Shown here: piece after piece, positions 32,001 through 41,072 of the stretch
Numbering within the stretch: the first letter of the stretch is position 1
Layout of the letters: every line of letters starts with the position of its first letter
Origin: a virus
Strand: one strand, 5' to 3'
Virus record (IMG/VR): IMGVR_UViG_3300025684_000010
Length of the DNA stretch: 64,000 nt
Translations under genes and position numbers: made by a program
The notes under the pieces: generated by a model
The model's input: the letters and a program-made list of their open reading frames with translations, nothing else
Told to the model about the DNA's origin: nothing
The model's database searches: none

Positions 32001-34458
32001 GAACTTCTACATTTGCGATTGCCAACTGGTCTGTTGTAAGCTTTGGTGGTACAGGATTTTTCTGTTCTTCACCTTTAATGATAACAATATCACCATAAGA
32101 ATCACAAGCAATTGTATCAATTCTTGATAGGTAATGTTCTATACTTGTTTGTAATGATTGCTGTGCAGCAGGAACCAACGCAGCTCCTTTATCACTAAAC
32201 GATACGGTATTGAAACCAACCTGAGTTGAAATCGTTGGAGCATTACCTGAATTCGCCAAATAGTTTGCACCAGAATCTTTATTAACATGTGGTCTGAAAT
32301 CAAACGAATCTCTCAAGTTATATACTTGACCTGACTCTGACGTGTAAGAAGGAATATCAAACTTACTTAAAGTATTTGGATAACTATTAATTGTAAAGAA
32401 GTATTTACCAGTCGAAGTGTTTACCTCGAAGCATTGTAGATTCACTAGCATTACGCCACTTGGCTCAGGTCGACCTTCAATATATTCTACATAAGATAGA
32501 TCGTAATAAGTATCTTTCTGATTCTCTTTTAATCTAAAGCTACTTGTAAAATCTTCTCCTGCTGCATCTGTAATACTTACAATTTTAAATACATCTGGGA
32601 AACCTAAACTATATTGTGTTTTAACGTTTGAGTAACTAAACTTAACATAAGTATCACGTAATGTTTTAGCATAAGGTGAAATACCACCCGATGAACCAAC
32701 CTGTCTTTTATTATAAAATACTTCTACTGAACCACTCAAACCACTATCACAAATAATATTAAGTTGTGAATTATTCAAAGCAGTAGTAGTACTTATAACA
32801 GGATATGTTGTTCCTGCCAAGTTAACTCGAATATCGTCGTTAAGACAATTAAAATCTTCGCCTGGTCCTGCAGTTAATGTGATCGTGCCTGTTGTCGCAG
32901 TTCCTGTATTTTGAAATCTACAAGGAATAAGAGTATTTGATGTTGCGAACGTTCCATTAATACCAGTATCAAAGATTAATGCCTTTCTTCCCGTTTCTTT
33001 AATAACAGGTGAACCGATACCGTTTGTTCTTATAGGTACATCACCACTACCATCTGATAATTTGGTAATGTCTTTAATAGCTTGAGCACCGTTATATACA
33101 GCAGAGTGAATATAGATTCTTTTGTCTGTTATGTTTTGTACTGCAACTCCACCAACTGAAGCGCTTCCTGATGTTTGCGCATCTGCTGGTGAAAGAATAC
33201 CTAAATTCAAATAACCTTGTGAATTACTTGTAGTATCAATCTCAAAATAGTTTCCATATTCCATTGAAACGTTTTGGTTATTAACTGTTTCAGTTTGTCC
33301 TATTTGATCTATTTGGAATGAACGTTCGCCAGAATTTTCTACTCTGTAACCTTTTACATATGCTATACCAGGTCCGACGACACATTGTACTTCACTATTG
33401 GCAGCACCAGTAGGAATACGATCATCAGTAGTTATTGGGAACGTTTCTAAAATGTAATTACCAGATTCTTCGTAGGTACGTCGAGCCATCTCTTCGCCCA
33501 ATACGTTGTATTGAGAAACGTCTCTTACAGTAATTGCATTACCATTTTGATAACGAGCCAATGTAAAGAAGTCTGAATTCTGAGTTCCTTCTGAAGTTTC
33601 CAATACTGTTAATGTAGGAACAAGTTTTAATCTGTCTGCGCCTGGGGCATTTTCATTCTTAGAACCGTTTGCATTATCGTATAGGCTGTTATCTTGTAGG
33701 TTATTAATTAATCTTTCTGCTACTAAATAACCAACTGATTTATTATCGGCAACGTTAGTATACTTTTCAACAACTAATCTTTGTTCTGCTGTAAATATAA
33801 AATGGCCTTTCTGAAATATAATACCAGGAGCAGCTTCGATACCGAATGCTCTACCAACATGTGGATTTCCTACTGAAGGTGAACCGTATACCGCAAGACC
33901 TGTATTAATAACAGTGTCAATAGATAAGGCTTCGTTTGTGGTTCCTCTTAAATATTTGAATCTTGTTACAACTAACGCTTCACCAGCTTGAAATTGAGTT
34001 TGACCTGCCAAACCAATGTTAGTGTAGTTAATAAAGAAAGTATTTAGATTTGGTGGTCTTGTTTGAAATCCTTTAGAAGCCTGAACGATTTCTGCTTTCA
34101 GTCCGGACGATTGTCCTTTTACCTGATAAACATAGTCAAGTTCTACTTCTTGGCCTGCTAATACTTCAACCGCAGGTGTGCTGATATATGACGCTGCGTT
34201 AAATCCAGTAGGACCGTCATTTAGTTTTACAAATTGAAGATCATCAAGTTCTGTAAAGTTACATCCTTTTACAATTGAACCTTCTTTGAAAATATTATCT
34301 CCAAATGACTCAACCTGATTTTGAAGCATAGTCTGGAGTTGTGTAAGTTCTCTTGCCTGTATCGCGTACCCAGGCTTGAACATAACTCGATAGAACTGCT
34401 TCTCTGCATCATAGTCATCGAAGTATGGTGCTTGGTTTAAGTTTTTATTAATAGGCAT
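29026..34458 (-). CDS. VrlC-like / DUF4815 large baseplate-associated structural protein (1810 aa)
   Basis: N-terminal NLNQAPYFDDYD.EKQFYRVMFKPGYAIQARELTQLQ, internal RFKNGFVVDPF and C-terminal P.LKDYRGLA, next to gp8 as in T4-like marine phages. Confidence 0.85.
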   Translation of the reverse strand: MPINKNLNQAPYFDDYDAEKQFYRVMFKPGYAIQARELTQLQTMLQNQVESFGDNIFKEGSIVKGCNFTELDDLQFVKLNDGPTGFNAASYISTPAVEVLAGQEVELDYVYQVKGQSSGLKAEIVQASKGFQTRPPNLNTFFINYTNIGLAGQTQFQAGEALVVTRFKYLRGTTNEALSIDTVINTGLAVYGSPSVGNPHVGRAFGIEAAPGIIFQKGHFIFTAEQRLVVEKYTNVADNKSVGYLVAERLINNLQDNSLYDNANGSKNENAPGADRLKLVPTLTVLETSEGTQNSDFFTLARYQNGNAITVRDVSQYNVLGEEMARRTYEESGNYILETFPITTDDRIPTGAANSEVQCVVGPGIAYVKGYRVENSGERSFQIDQIGQTETVNNQNVSMEYGNYFEIDTTSNSQGYLNLGILSPADAQTSGSASVGGVAVQNITDKRIYIHSAVYNGAQAIKDITKLSDGSGDVPIRTNGIGSPVIKETGRKALIFDTGINGTFATSNTLIPCRFQNTGTATTGTITLTAGPGEDFNCLNDDIRVNLAGTTYPVISTTTALNNSQLNIICDSGLSGSVEVFYNKRQVGSSGGISPYAKTLRDTYVKFSYSNVKTQYSLGFPDVFKIVSITDAAGEDFTSSFRLKENQKDTYYDLSYVEYIEGRPEPSGVMLVNLQCFEVNTSTGKYFFTINSYPNTLSKFDIPSYTSESGQVYNLRDSFDFRPHVNKDSGANYLANSGNAPTISTQVGFNTVSFSDKGAALVPAAQQSLQTSIEHYLSRIDTIACDSYGDIVIIKGEEQKNPVPPKLTTDQLAIANVEVPTYPALSKKQADVLRKPGYAIKPRATGIKNYTMKDMHDLEKKIDNMAYYISLNQLESETDNLVVRDENGLNRFKNGFVVDPFNNLQLSEISHPQFNAAVPFNQKILTPSLKTFPLDLIYDSATGSSIFPSTSDAKVATVGRNSNVEVINQPYASNFRNCVSNFYKYVGDGVISPPYDAAYDTTVNPASIDIDLTTPFQEFIDEIQAFLPMTDTSSSRVFEADPGRRGRRGAGTEVTTVTTRSSEITIDSSRTTESFVGEFVSDFRFQPYMASRDIKVYMSGLRPNQRHYFFFDGVDVNAHVMPGSITADSVGEVGRYGDKGAAVTTDANGVLRAVFYLPAETFYVGDRVLEIADVSAYNSIDSASTSKGFVTYRAYNFSVEKTSLTTSTRSPNFDVNTTVTTRNVARRIRGRDPLAQTFFVKKGMGAGSNSVYLSNVDVYFRRKPTQTGSGSDDSSPLNGVSLQIREVVNGYPTNRILPFANVHKLPADVNTSEDASSATTFTFEAPVRLDVEKEYAIVVQPDASDPNYLIYTSKVGGIDLTPGATKGSAITQDWGDGVLFTSTNNSAWKSYQDEDIKFTIRRHNFNSSSGTVKLTNANHEFLTLSNITGRFTPGELVYQLLSTPADTGITTAAGSKTITGGQALDTVYAAGDYIRIVNTSTAKIQIHKIASITNATTAILETPPSFSGAGTHMPVVAGELDLYDVQRNPYECHIAHSSATTSKQFSVSANLVGLDSASTANVSAINDINLSYIQPMIMKANDSTSRTTLSGTFVPPSDTSTTYLKPMQFNDNNYFAEKGVVLYSKSNDPAGVKAFSIDVAMSNGSNVTSTPFIDIEASKLIAYQYKITNDSDTTAKYISKKIELAEDLDAEDFNLILSAYRPAGTDIKVYIKAQNQYDFDDFDRLSWTELEKFEGVGSYSTISNLRDYREFKYRIKDVNKTGGVVSGPLTYTSQSGVFEGFKRFQIRIDLLSPNIHNAPTLKDYRGLALT

Positions 34459-34473
34459 CTTTACTTACGTTCC

Positions 34474-36453
34474 TTAAAATTCCAGTACAAATTTAAATTC
34501 TTCTCTTGAGAGGTCGGTTCTTGCTAATGGGAAGAAGTCCTCCATGAAGTACACTTCGCCTGTTCTCTGTTTGTAATCCGAATAGATAACATTATCTGCT
34601 ATAGGATTATTTATTGTTATTCTCTGGCCAGTATTTGAGGTAATTGCCAGATTTGGATCAAATGATGTATCTCCATTACCAACCAGGGCATTATTTCTAT
34701 ATGGTCCTACGTATTCTGCTAAAAATACTGTATTTGAAGTTTCATCAATCTCGTGTATTTGAGCTTGGAATACAATATCGTTATTTACATTAACTTGCGT
34801 GATTGTACTATTTGCGTTTAATCTTCCATAATCATCTGTTATAATCGCAATTCTATTATCGAAGACATCAGGTTCAGTTGCGGTATTTGCTTGTCCGCTT
34901 CTCCATGTTGCTATACCTGTCATATCTTTAAATGTTGGACTTCTCACAATACCAATACAGCCGTATGTATTCTTATCACCAATTTTTGTATTGTCTTCTG
35001 CAGTAATAAATCCATACATTGAAAAATGTTTACATCTAAATTCATCTAATAAATTATAACCATGGCCACCTTTCGGTTCAATGATAGGTTGAATGGTTGC
35101 TCTTACATCTGCTGATTCAGTACCACCTGGGTTGAAATCAATAAGAGGATCCACAACTTCCGCAATAGCGTTATTATATCCTGTGCCTTTATTTAAAAGA
35201 ATAATTTTATTAATACCACCATTATCAATTTCAGGTACTGCTACCGCCCCATCTCCATCACCGCTTATTTTAACGCGCGGGAAGATTTTAATATTTGCAT
35301 TAATCGTTGCTGTTGATACCATGAAGTCTGTTAAACCTTTCCATGTACCACCTGACACGTATCCGCCAAAACCAGTACCATCAAGATCTGTTGTTAATAA
35401 TGCATCTGATTTCAATTGAAATGTATCTGCATTCACAACTTGTACATAAAAAGTAGTTGCGGCAAGTGTGTCTATGTCTGCTTCATTTACAATTAATTCT
35501 GACATACCAACAACGTTTCTAAATGTAATTGGTTGACCATTCACTAAGTTATGAGATGTTGATGTAATTACGACAGGAGATGCTTGAGTTGCATTCTCTA
35601 CATTACCACGCCTTGGATTTGATAATTCTTCGCCAACGGTAATTTCCGCTAGGCCATTGCCTTGAATCAGTTTATAAGCTTTGATTTCAAATAGATTCGT
35701 AACGCTTGAACTTGGGTTTGTAGCATAGAAGAATTGACCTGTATAGTAATTTTCTGTTGCTTGCCAATCTTGCTCCTTTGGATCAATTTCTAATTTAACA
35801 TTACCGTGAGAACTGGGTCCACCAACTCTGCCAGGAATTGACTTTATAAGGCCGTTCTTTTCTTCATATCCATTATTGACAATAGCATTAGTAACTTGAA
35901 TCTCAGATATACCACCGCCGTAAACCTCCGCTGGATTAACAGTTGCAGTAGGATCAATTGGAATATAACCTAAAGCATTATAGGCCTCGAATTGTAATGT
36001 AGTGAGACGATACATATACTTCCATACATAACCGTCGGCAGTTTCATAAATTTGATTTACGTTGGCTGCATCAAAAGTAGGTGGTGCTTGTGAACCAACA
36101 TCTTCGTTATTATTAAGGCACTTATAAATTCTGTAATCATCAGTGTCGTTATCGTTAGGTCCGACTACTGCATAAAAGTTTAAACCATCAAGATCTACTT
36201 TATCATCGTATTCTGCATACACAACACCTCGTTGCCAAGGGTAATACTTTATCATAAAGTTAATATCTTGATTGCGTATCTTTTTAGCAAATAATGTTTT
36301 TTCTAGAAACTCATTTTGAGAAGTAGCAGAATCAATTGGCTCTATACCGCCAATGCTAGAAACAAACATATAATAGTCATCGTTAGCCTTTGCGTCAGCT
36401 ATGAATAACTTATTAATGTCTTGGTTAAAATTGTTTGTTAAAATTTCAGGCAT
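34474..36453 (-). CDS. gp8: Baseplate wedge subunit gp8
   Basis: YRIYKCLNNN, ETADGYVWKYMY, GEVYFMEDFFPLAR...SREEFKFVLEF motifs and gene position. Confidence 0.85.
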   Translation of the reverse strand: MPEILTNNFNQDINKLFIADAKANDDYYMFVSSIGGIEPIDSATSQNEFLEKTLFAKKIRNQDINFMIKYYPWQRGVVYAEYDDKVDLDGLNFYAVVGPNDNDTDDYRIYKCLNNNEDVGSQAPPTFDAANVNQIYETADGYVWKYMYRLTTLQFEAYNALGYIPIDPTATVNPAEVYGGGISEIQVTNAIVNNGYEEKNGLIKSIPGRVGGPSSHGNVKLEIDPKEQDWQATENYYTGQFFYATNPSSSVTNLFEIKAYKLIQGNGLAEITVGEELSNPRRGNVENATQASPVVITSTSHNLVNGQPITFRNVVGMSELIVNEADIDTLAATTFYVQVVNADTFQLKSDALLTTDLDGTGFGGYVSGGTWKGLTDFMVSTATINANIKIFPRVKISGDGDGAVAVPEIDNGGINKIILLNKGTGYNNAIAEVVDPLIDFNPGGTESADVRATIQPIIEPKGGHGYNLLDEFRCKHFSMYGFITAEDNTKIGDKNTYGCIGIVRSPTFKDMTGIATWRSGQANTATEPDVFDNRIAIITDDYGRLNANSTITQVNVNNDIVFQAQIHEIDETSNTVFLAEYVGPYRNNALVGNGDTSFDPNLAITSNTGQRITINNPIADNVIYSDYKQRTGEVYFMEDFFPLARTDLSREEFKFVLEF

Positions 36454-36480
36454 TGTTATATAATTCTCTATATTTTAGTT

Positions 36481-36488
36481 TATTTATA
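36481..36488 (-). promoter_or_regulatory. T4-type late promoter TATAAATA
   Basis: Exact consensus upstream of gp8. Confidence 0.75.
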
Positions 36489-36497
36489 TCCATTGGA

Positions 36498-39140
36498 CTA
36501 ACCTCTTCTTCTTATTCTTGGCCTTGGATACACCAGTCCACTTGTAGGTCTTGCTTTTGCATTTACTTTTGGAAAACTCGCACCAGATTCTGGTCTTTGA
36601 TTCTTCCACATTAATATTTTATTTGGGGCGCCTTGTAAACTTTCAAAGTCAGTACTACTATCAGTTCCAGTATCGTACATTTCACCAGTTGTTGCGTTTG
36701 CTTCAATCCAAGCATTTGCATCAGCTTGAGTTAACCCTGGATTGCTTTCTGCAAGTAATGCAATAACTCCAGCTACTTGTGGCGCCGCCATACTTGTTCC
36801 GCTAATCTTACTGAGATAATACGAACCGTTTCTAGGATCTTGTACACCACCAAAACTACCTGTTAAAGTTGAACTCACAATACCGGCACCAGCCGCAAAA
36901 ATATCAACTGCATTACCACAAACTGAGCTCCCTCTTTTTTTGTCATTTTTTTCAATATTGAGGCAGCCAACATTTAAAGTGGCCGCTTCAAGACCGATGG
37001 TTGAGGACCTATGAGTTGGTTTGGACAAGGCGCTCGTATTTGAGCCGCTTCTGAAATACATGTAATTTTCATAATCTTGATCACCAGACTTGACAGTTTT
37101 TTGATATGAATTTCCTGCCGAAGTAACTATAATAATACCATCGGCAATTGCATCAGCAATATCTGCTGCCCAAGAAATCCCTGAGGATGGAAATTTCCAA
37201 TTACCATCTGCTGGTACATTTATACCTCTTGCTTCTAATTCAGCACTATTTAAATCACTACCCTCATCACCGTACTTATCAAAGGTTACTCCTCTATATT
37301 TAAATTGTCCAATTCCATCATAACCAGAGTAACCATTAGAGGGCCCTGAGATGAAAACGTCTTTACTGACAGTAAACCCATAACTGTGATTACTTATTGT
37401 AGGATTTCTTCTACCAGTTTCTGAGTTAATTGGTTTTGTATTATGCCATTCGCGAATATAATCCCACATAGTTCCAGACTGTAATCCACTGTAACCATGA
37501 TTCGTAGTGCCACTTAAGGGAGCTTCTATACTGTAAATATTTGCTTCTCTTGCCCAACCTAAAGTATTTCCTGCTACAGTCCCAGCAACATGAACACCAT
37601 GATTAGTATCAGTCTGATTACCCATTGTGCCATAATCATAAGTTGCGTTTGGGCCTAATCCTAATTGATTCGCGAGCGAGAACCAATTAAACGGCTGTAC
37701 TCTACTTCCGCCAGTTCCATCAGCATTAACGGCAAACTCTGGGTGGCCTTGAGCAGTTGTTGTAATATGCCCATCAACAATTAATACATCAACATTTTTT
37801 CCTGAAGCGGTAATTGCGAGTGGGTTTGTCGCTACAAAAGAATCTCCATCAGAACCCCAATTTTTTCCTGTAGTAACATAACCTGATGCGCCTGCTTGTG
37901 TAGGATCGCCTGAATCACCATCTTGGAATATATTTCGTATTGTTGATAATGAAGGTTTACTAATTACTGGTTTAATGTGTGTGTTATGGAATGCATAACC
38001 TAATGGATTGTTTGATTGTATACCAGCTTCGGTACGCATATCATCTGTCCATTCTGGAGAAAGACTTCCACCATCCCATAAAGCTGTATATTCAAACATA
38101 CAGAAATTCAATAAGTATAAGTATTCTTTGGCTGCTACTTCAAAAGCATCTGAATCTGTTTTCCAGGCATTTGAAGGCGTGTTATAACCTGACGGATCCC
38201 ATTTTCCAGCATCATATGCTTCTTCCATCGCAGCATATAAATCACCTGAAGCCCAATCACTTGCTAAGTATGCATACAGTTTTATATCGTCTGCTGGTAA
38301 TCCATGCATATGAAGTGTATGCATTATATGTTCAATAACTTCCCCTGCGTCTAAATCTCCATCACCTTGAGTACCAGATGAATTCAAATACCAAACCATA
38401 TCGTTAGCAACGTGTGTATCAAATAAGTTTGTTAGGTTCCAACTAATAATTCCTGAGTCAGTTAAGAAGTTTGGACTATAATCACCCCCGCCACCTCTTG
38501 CTACTCGTTGTAGTGTTGGTTTCCCTTCGTGCCAGGTACCAGATAAACCTTTTAGATTTCGTATAAGATTCCTTTGGAGTGTATCATTGATTTGTGACTG
38601 GTACTGATTTGGTATTAAAAACAATTCATACATTCGAGCTATTTTTTCTATCCACGCGTCAGGCACAGCACTTTGACCACCTACAGCACCAGCCGCCATA
38701 ATTCTTGTACCATTAACAGTAACTTCACGTTTGAAGAAATCACTACCATCGCCAGTCACATCTGCAATTGAGCCACTATAAAGATCTGTGCTAGGAATAT
38801 CATCGCCAACCGTATGCCTATATAAACCCCAATTTTTGTCTGTTACGGAAATCGAGTCCCCATTTCTTTTAAATGGCCCAGTGTCAGAATACCCATTTAA
38901 TTCACATTGTAGAAGATCAAGGAATGCTTTTGATTCTACACCCAATACTCGAGGATCCTTTTCTAATTCAATCACCTCTTCAGGTGTTAACATATAATGA
39001 GTATTACGACTTATTGGTCTTCTTAATTCTACATTAACTGCTCTATCAGGAATATAAAGATCGCCACCAGGCGTTTCCATATCATTATAGAAATCGTCTA
39101 GGTCTTCCTTATTGTGAAGAGTGATCACATATTCTTGCAT
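36498..39140 (-). CDS. Subtilisin-like (S8) serine protease with a large insertion (880 aa)
   Basis: Catalytic motifs VDVLIVDG (Asp), HGVHVAGTVAG (His), SAGNS (oxyanion Asn) and SGTSMAAPQVAG (Ser). The N-terminus is prodomain-like. Confidence 0.9.
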   Translation of the reverse strand: MQEYVITLHNKEDLDDFYNDMETPGGDLYIPDRAVNVELRRPISRNTHYMLTPEEVIELEKDPRVLGVESKAFLDLLQCELNGYSDTGPFKRNGDSISVTDKNWGLYRHTVGDDIPSTDLYSGSIADVTGDGSDFFKREVTVNGTRIMAAGAVGGQSAVPDAWIEKIARMYELFLIPNQYQSQINDTLQRNLIRNLKGLSGTWHEGKPTLQRVARGGGGDYSPNFLTDSGIISWNLTNLFDTHVANDMVWYLNSSGTQGDGDLDAGEVIEHIMHTLHMHGLPADDIKLYAYLASDWASGDLYAAMEEAYDAGKWDPSGYNTPSNAWKTDSDAFEVAAKEYLYLLNFCMFEYTALWDGGSLSPEWTDDMRTEAGIQSNNPLGYAFHNTHIKPVISKPSLSTIRNIFQDGDSGDPTQAGASGYVTTGKNWGSDGDSFVATNPLAITASGKNVDVLIVDGHITTTAQGHPEFAVNADGTGGSRVQPFNWFSLANQLGLGPNATYDYGTMGNQTDTNHGVHVAGTVAGNTLGWAREANIYSIEAPLSGTTNHGYSGLQSGTMWDYIREWHNTKPINSETGRRNPTISNHSYGFTVSKDVFISGPSNGYSGYDGIGQFKYRGVTFDKYGDEGSDLNSAELEARGINVPADGNWKFPSSGISWAADIADAIADGIIIVTSAGNSYQKTVKSGDQDYENYMYFRSGSNTSALSKPTHRSSTIGLEAATLNVGCLNIEKNDKKRGSSVCGNAVDIFAAGAGIVSSTLTGSFGGVQDPRNGSYYLSKISGTSMAAPQVAGVIALLAESNPGLTQADANAWIEANATTGEMYDTGTDSSTDFESLQGAPNKILMWKNQRPESGASFPKVNAKARPTSGLVYPRPRIRRRG

Positions 39141-39145
39141 TTAAT

Positions 39146-41032
39146 TTAAGCCTCTAATTGTAGTATTTCTATAGCTACTGTAATTGATGCAGCACTACCA
39201 CTTTTGTTTCTTACTCTAACTGGAATGTTTGTAGTTGGCGTGCTTTCTAAATTATAACCGATTGTTCCAGGAGATAGTTTTACTCTTTGACCACTTGTAG
39301 TAATTACCTCTGCAATGACACCAGCATCTGGAGCTGGATCAGTACCTTCGCCTCTTGAAGCATCAGCTGTTCTGGATGCGCCGTCTGTATAGAGTGTTAC
39401 CCAAGCTGCAGCTGATGTTGTAATTGTATATAATGCATATCCTTTAAATCCAGTAATGTCAAGGTTAGCAGCCGCACCGTTAGCAATTGAAGATGTTCCT
39501 TGTGATGGAGAAACACGACTTGGTAATGAGCCGCCGCCGCCGCCGCCACCTGCAGCTGCTTCAACAACAATAGTACCGGTCATGGCACCGTGAGCTTGAC
39601 ATCTATACGCATAGTTGCCTGATATACCTGCTGGTATTTTCCAGAACAGAGCACCGCCTATTCCTGCATTTGCAGCTGAACCTTCGTAATAGACTCCTGA
39701 ATCAAGTGCTACTAGACCGTCATTGTAATCTGCACCACCCGAAGTTTGAATTACGAATGGGTGAGTTACACCGCCTGCACCAGTTAAATCAAATCCAACT
39801 GTCGTTCCTGCCTTTACATAAATTGTTGGGTTATCGGTTGTTCCATATTGGTCAAAACGATATGAAGAAGAACCATTATTAGTAACCTTTAATACTGTTG
39901 CAGCATTTTGGAAAGTATTTTCAAATGGTGCTTTATCTGAAATACCGGCCGGCTGTTCATTAATGTCTAAATAAGTTGGAGTGAACGGTACATTTCTCCA
40001 AGTATTATCACTACCAAAGAATTTTAAAATATCATCAGATTGTGGGCTTGTAATTGTTGTGTCAGTAACGTCAGTCATAGCAACTGAGCCGCCGCCGCCG
40101 CCACCGCTAATTGTAATTGTTTTAGTTGCGCCTGTTCCTGACGCTACAACACCTGAACCTACAAAGTTAATAGTTGTAGCCGCTGTTGCTAATGCTGAAC
40201 CTTCGTCTTGTATAGTAATAGCAGTACCACCGCTACCTGTTGCATCATCAACCCAAGCAAAGTCAGAACCATTCCAACTTAAGATTTGATCTGCAGATGC
40301 ACTACTTGTATTAAGGTGGGCAGAAATATCACTTGGATTAACGCCGTCTGCAACCCAAACAAAGTCAGAACCATCCCAACTTAAGATTTGATCTGCAGAT
40401 GCACTACTTGTATTAAGGTGAGCAGATACATCGGAATCAGCATATGATCCGCCACCGCCACCTGATTGTGCTACCCAGTCATAATCTGTACCGTTCCAAC
40501 TTAATACTTCGTTAGCACTTGCTGAACCGGTATTTAAATGAGTATCAACATTTGCATCAGCGTATGAACTGCCACCGCCTTCAACCCAACTGTAAGAACC
40601 GTTTGCGCTTGTACTTAAAACATAGCCGTTAGTTTCAGTGCCGATAATATTTGTATTATAAACAAACGGAGCAAGAGGATCTACATAATTGAGAATTGCG
40701 CCTGCTGAAGCATCGGAAAGCAATCTTCTCCAAGTTCCGTGAGCGTAATACAATGAACCTGTCTCATGAACATGGCCTATAGAACCATGATATGTGCCTG
40801 GGTTAACATTATCAAGTTCTAGTTTCGTATCATATAAGAAAGATACTTTGTGTGGTTTACCTAACAAGTCTAAATTGCCGTTAATATCAAATAGATCCAC
40901 TGGATTATTTGCATCTCCTAACGCAAGATAAAGCTCATTAAAATTATCGTTGGCTTTGTCGAATGCATTTCGTAACGGATCACCTGTACCGTCGTTAGCG
41001 GATGCACCGATATTAATTATTTGTTTAGACAT
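39146..41032 (-). CDS. gp9/gp10-like baseplate-fibre connector N-terminus fused to repeats and a cupredoxin-like domain (628 aa)
   Basis: MSKQIINIGASANDGTGDPLRNAFDKANDNFNELY is the gp9/gp10 N-terminal signature. HPF...YAYRCQAHGAMTGTIVV resembles a type-1 copper site. Confidence 0.75.
   Translation of the reverse strand: MSKQIINIGASANDGTGDPLRNAFDKANDNFNELYLALGDANNPVDLFDINGNLDLLGKPHKVSFLYDTKLELDNVNPGTYHGSIGHVHETGSLYYAHGTWRRLLSDASAGAILNYVDPLAPFVYNTNIIGTETNGYVLSTSANGSYSWVEGGGSSYADANVDTHLNTGSASANEVLSWNGTDYDWVAQSGGGGGSYADSDVSAHLNTSSASADQILSWDGSDFVWVADGVNPSDISAHLNTSSASADQILSWNGSDFAWVDDATGSGGTAITIQDEGSALATAATTINFVGSGVVASGTGATKTITISGGGGGGSVAMTDVTDTTITSPQSDDILKFFGSDNTWRNVPFTPTYLDINEQPAGISDKAPFENTFQNAATVLKVTNNGSSSYRFDQYGTTDNPTIYVKAGTTVGFDLTGAGGVTHPFVIQTSGGADYNDGLVALDSGVYYEGSAANAGIGGALFWKIPAGISGNYAYRCQAHGAMTGTIVVEAAAGGGGGGGSLPSRVSPSQGTSSIANGAAANLDITGFKGYALYTITTSAAAWVTLYTDGASRTADASRGEGTDPAPDAGVIAEVITTSGQRVKLSPGTIGYNLESTPTTNIPVRVRNKSGSAASITVAIEILQLEA
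40274..40420. repeat. Exact 45-bp direct repeat (40274-40318 and 40376-40420)
   Basis: ccaacttaagatttgatctgcagatgcactacttgtattaaggtg occurs twice and encodes HLNTSSASADQILSW. Confidence 0.85.
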
Positions 41033-41062
41033 TTTATTTTCCTAAAAAATTCTTTATAGTTA

Positions 41063-41070
41063 TATTTATT
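41063..41070 (-). promoter_or_regulatory. Probable late promoter variant AATAAATA
   Basis: One mismatch to consensus, about 30 nt upstream of 41032. Confidence 0.5.
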
Positions 41071-41072
41071 GC

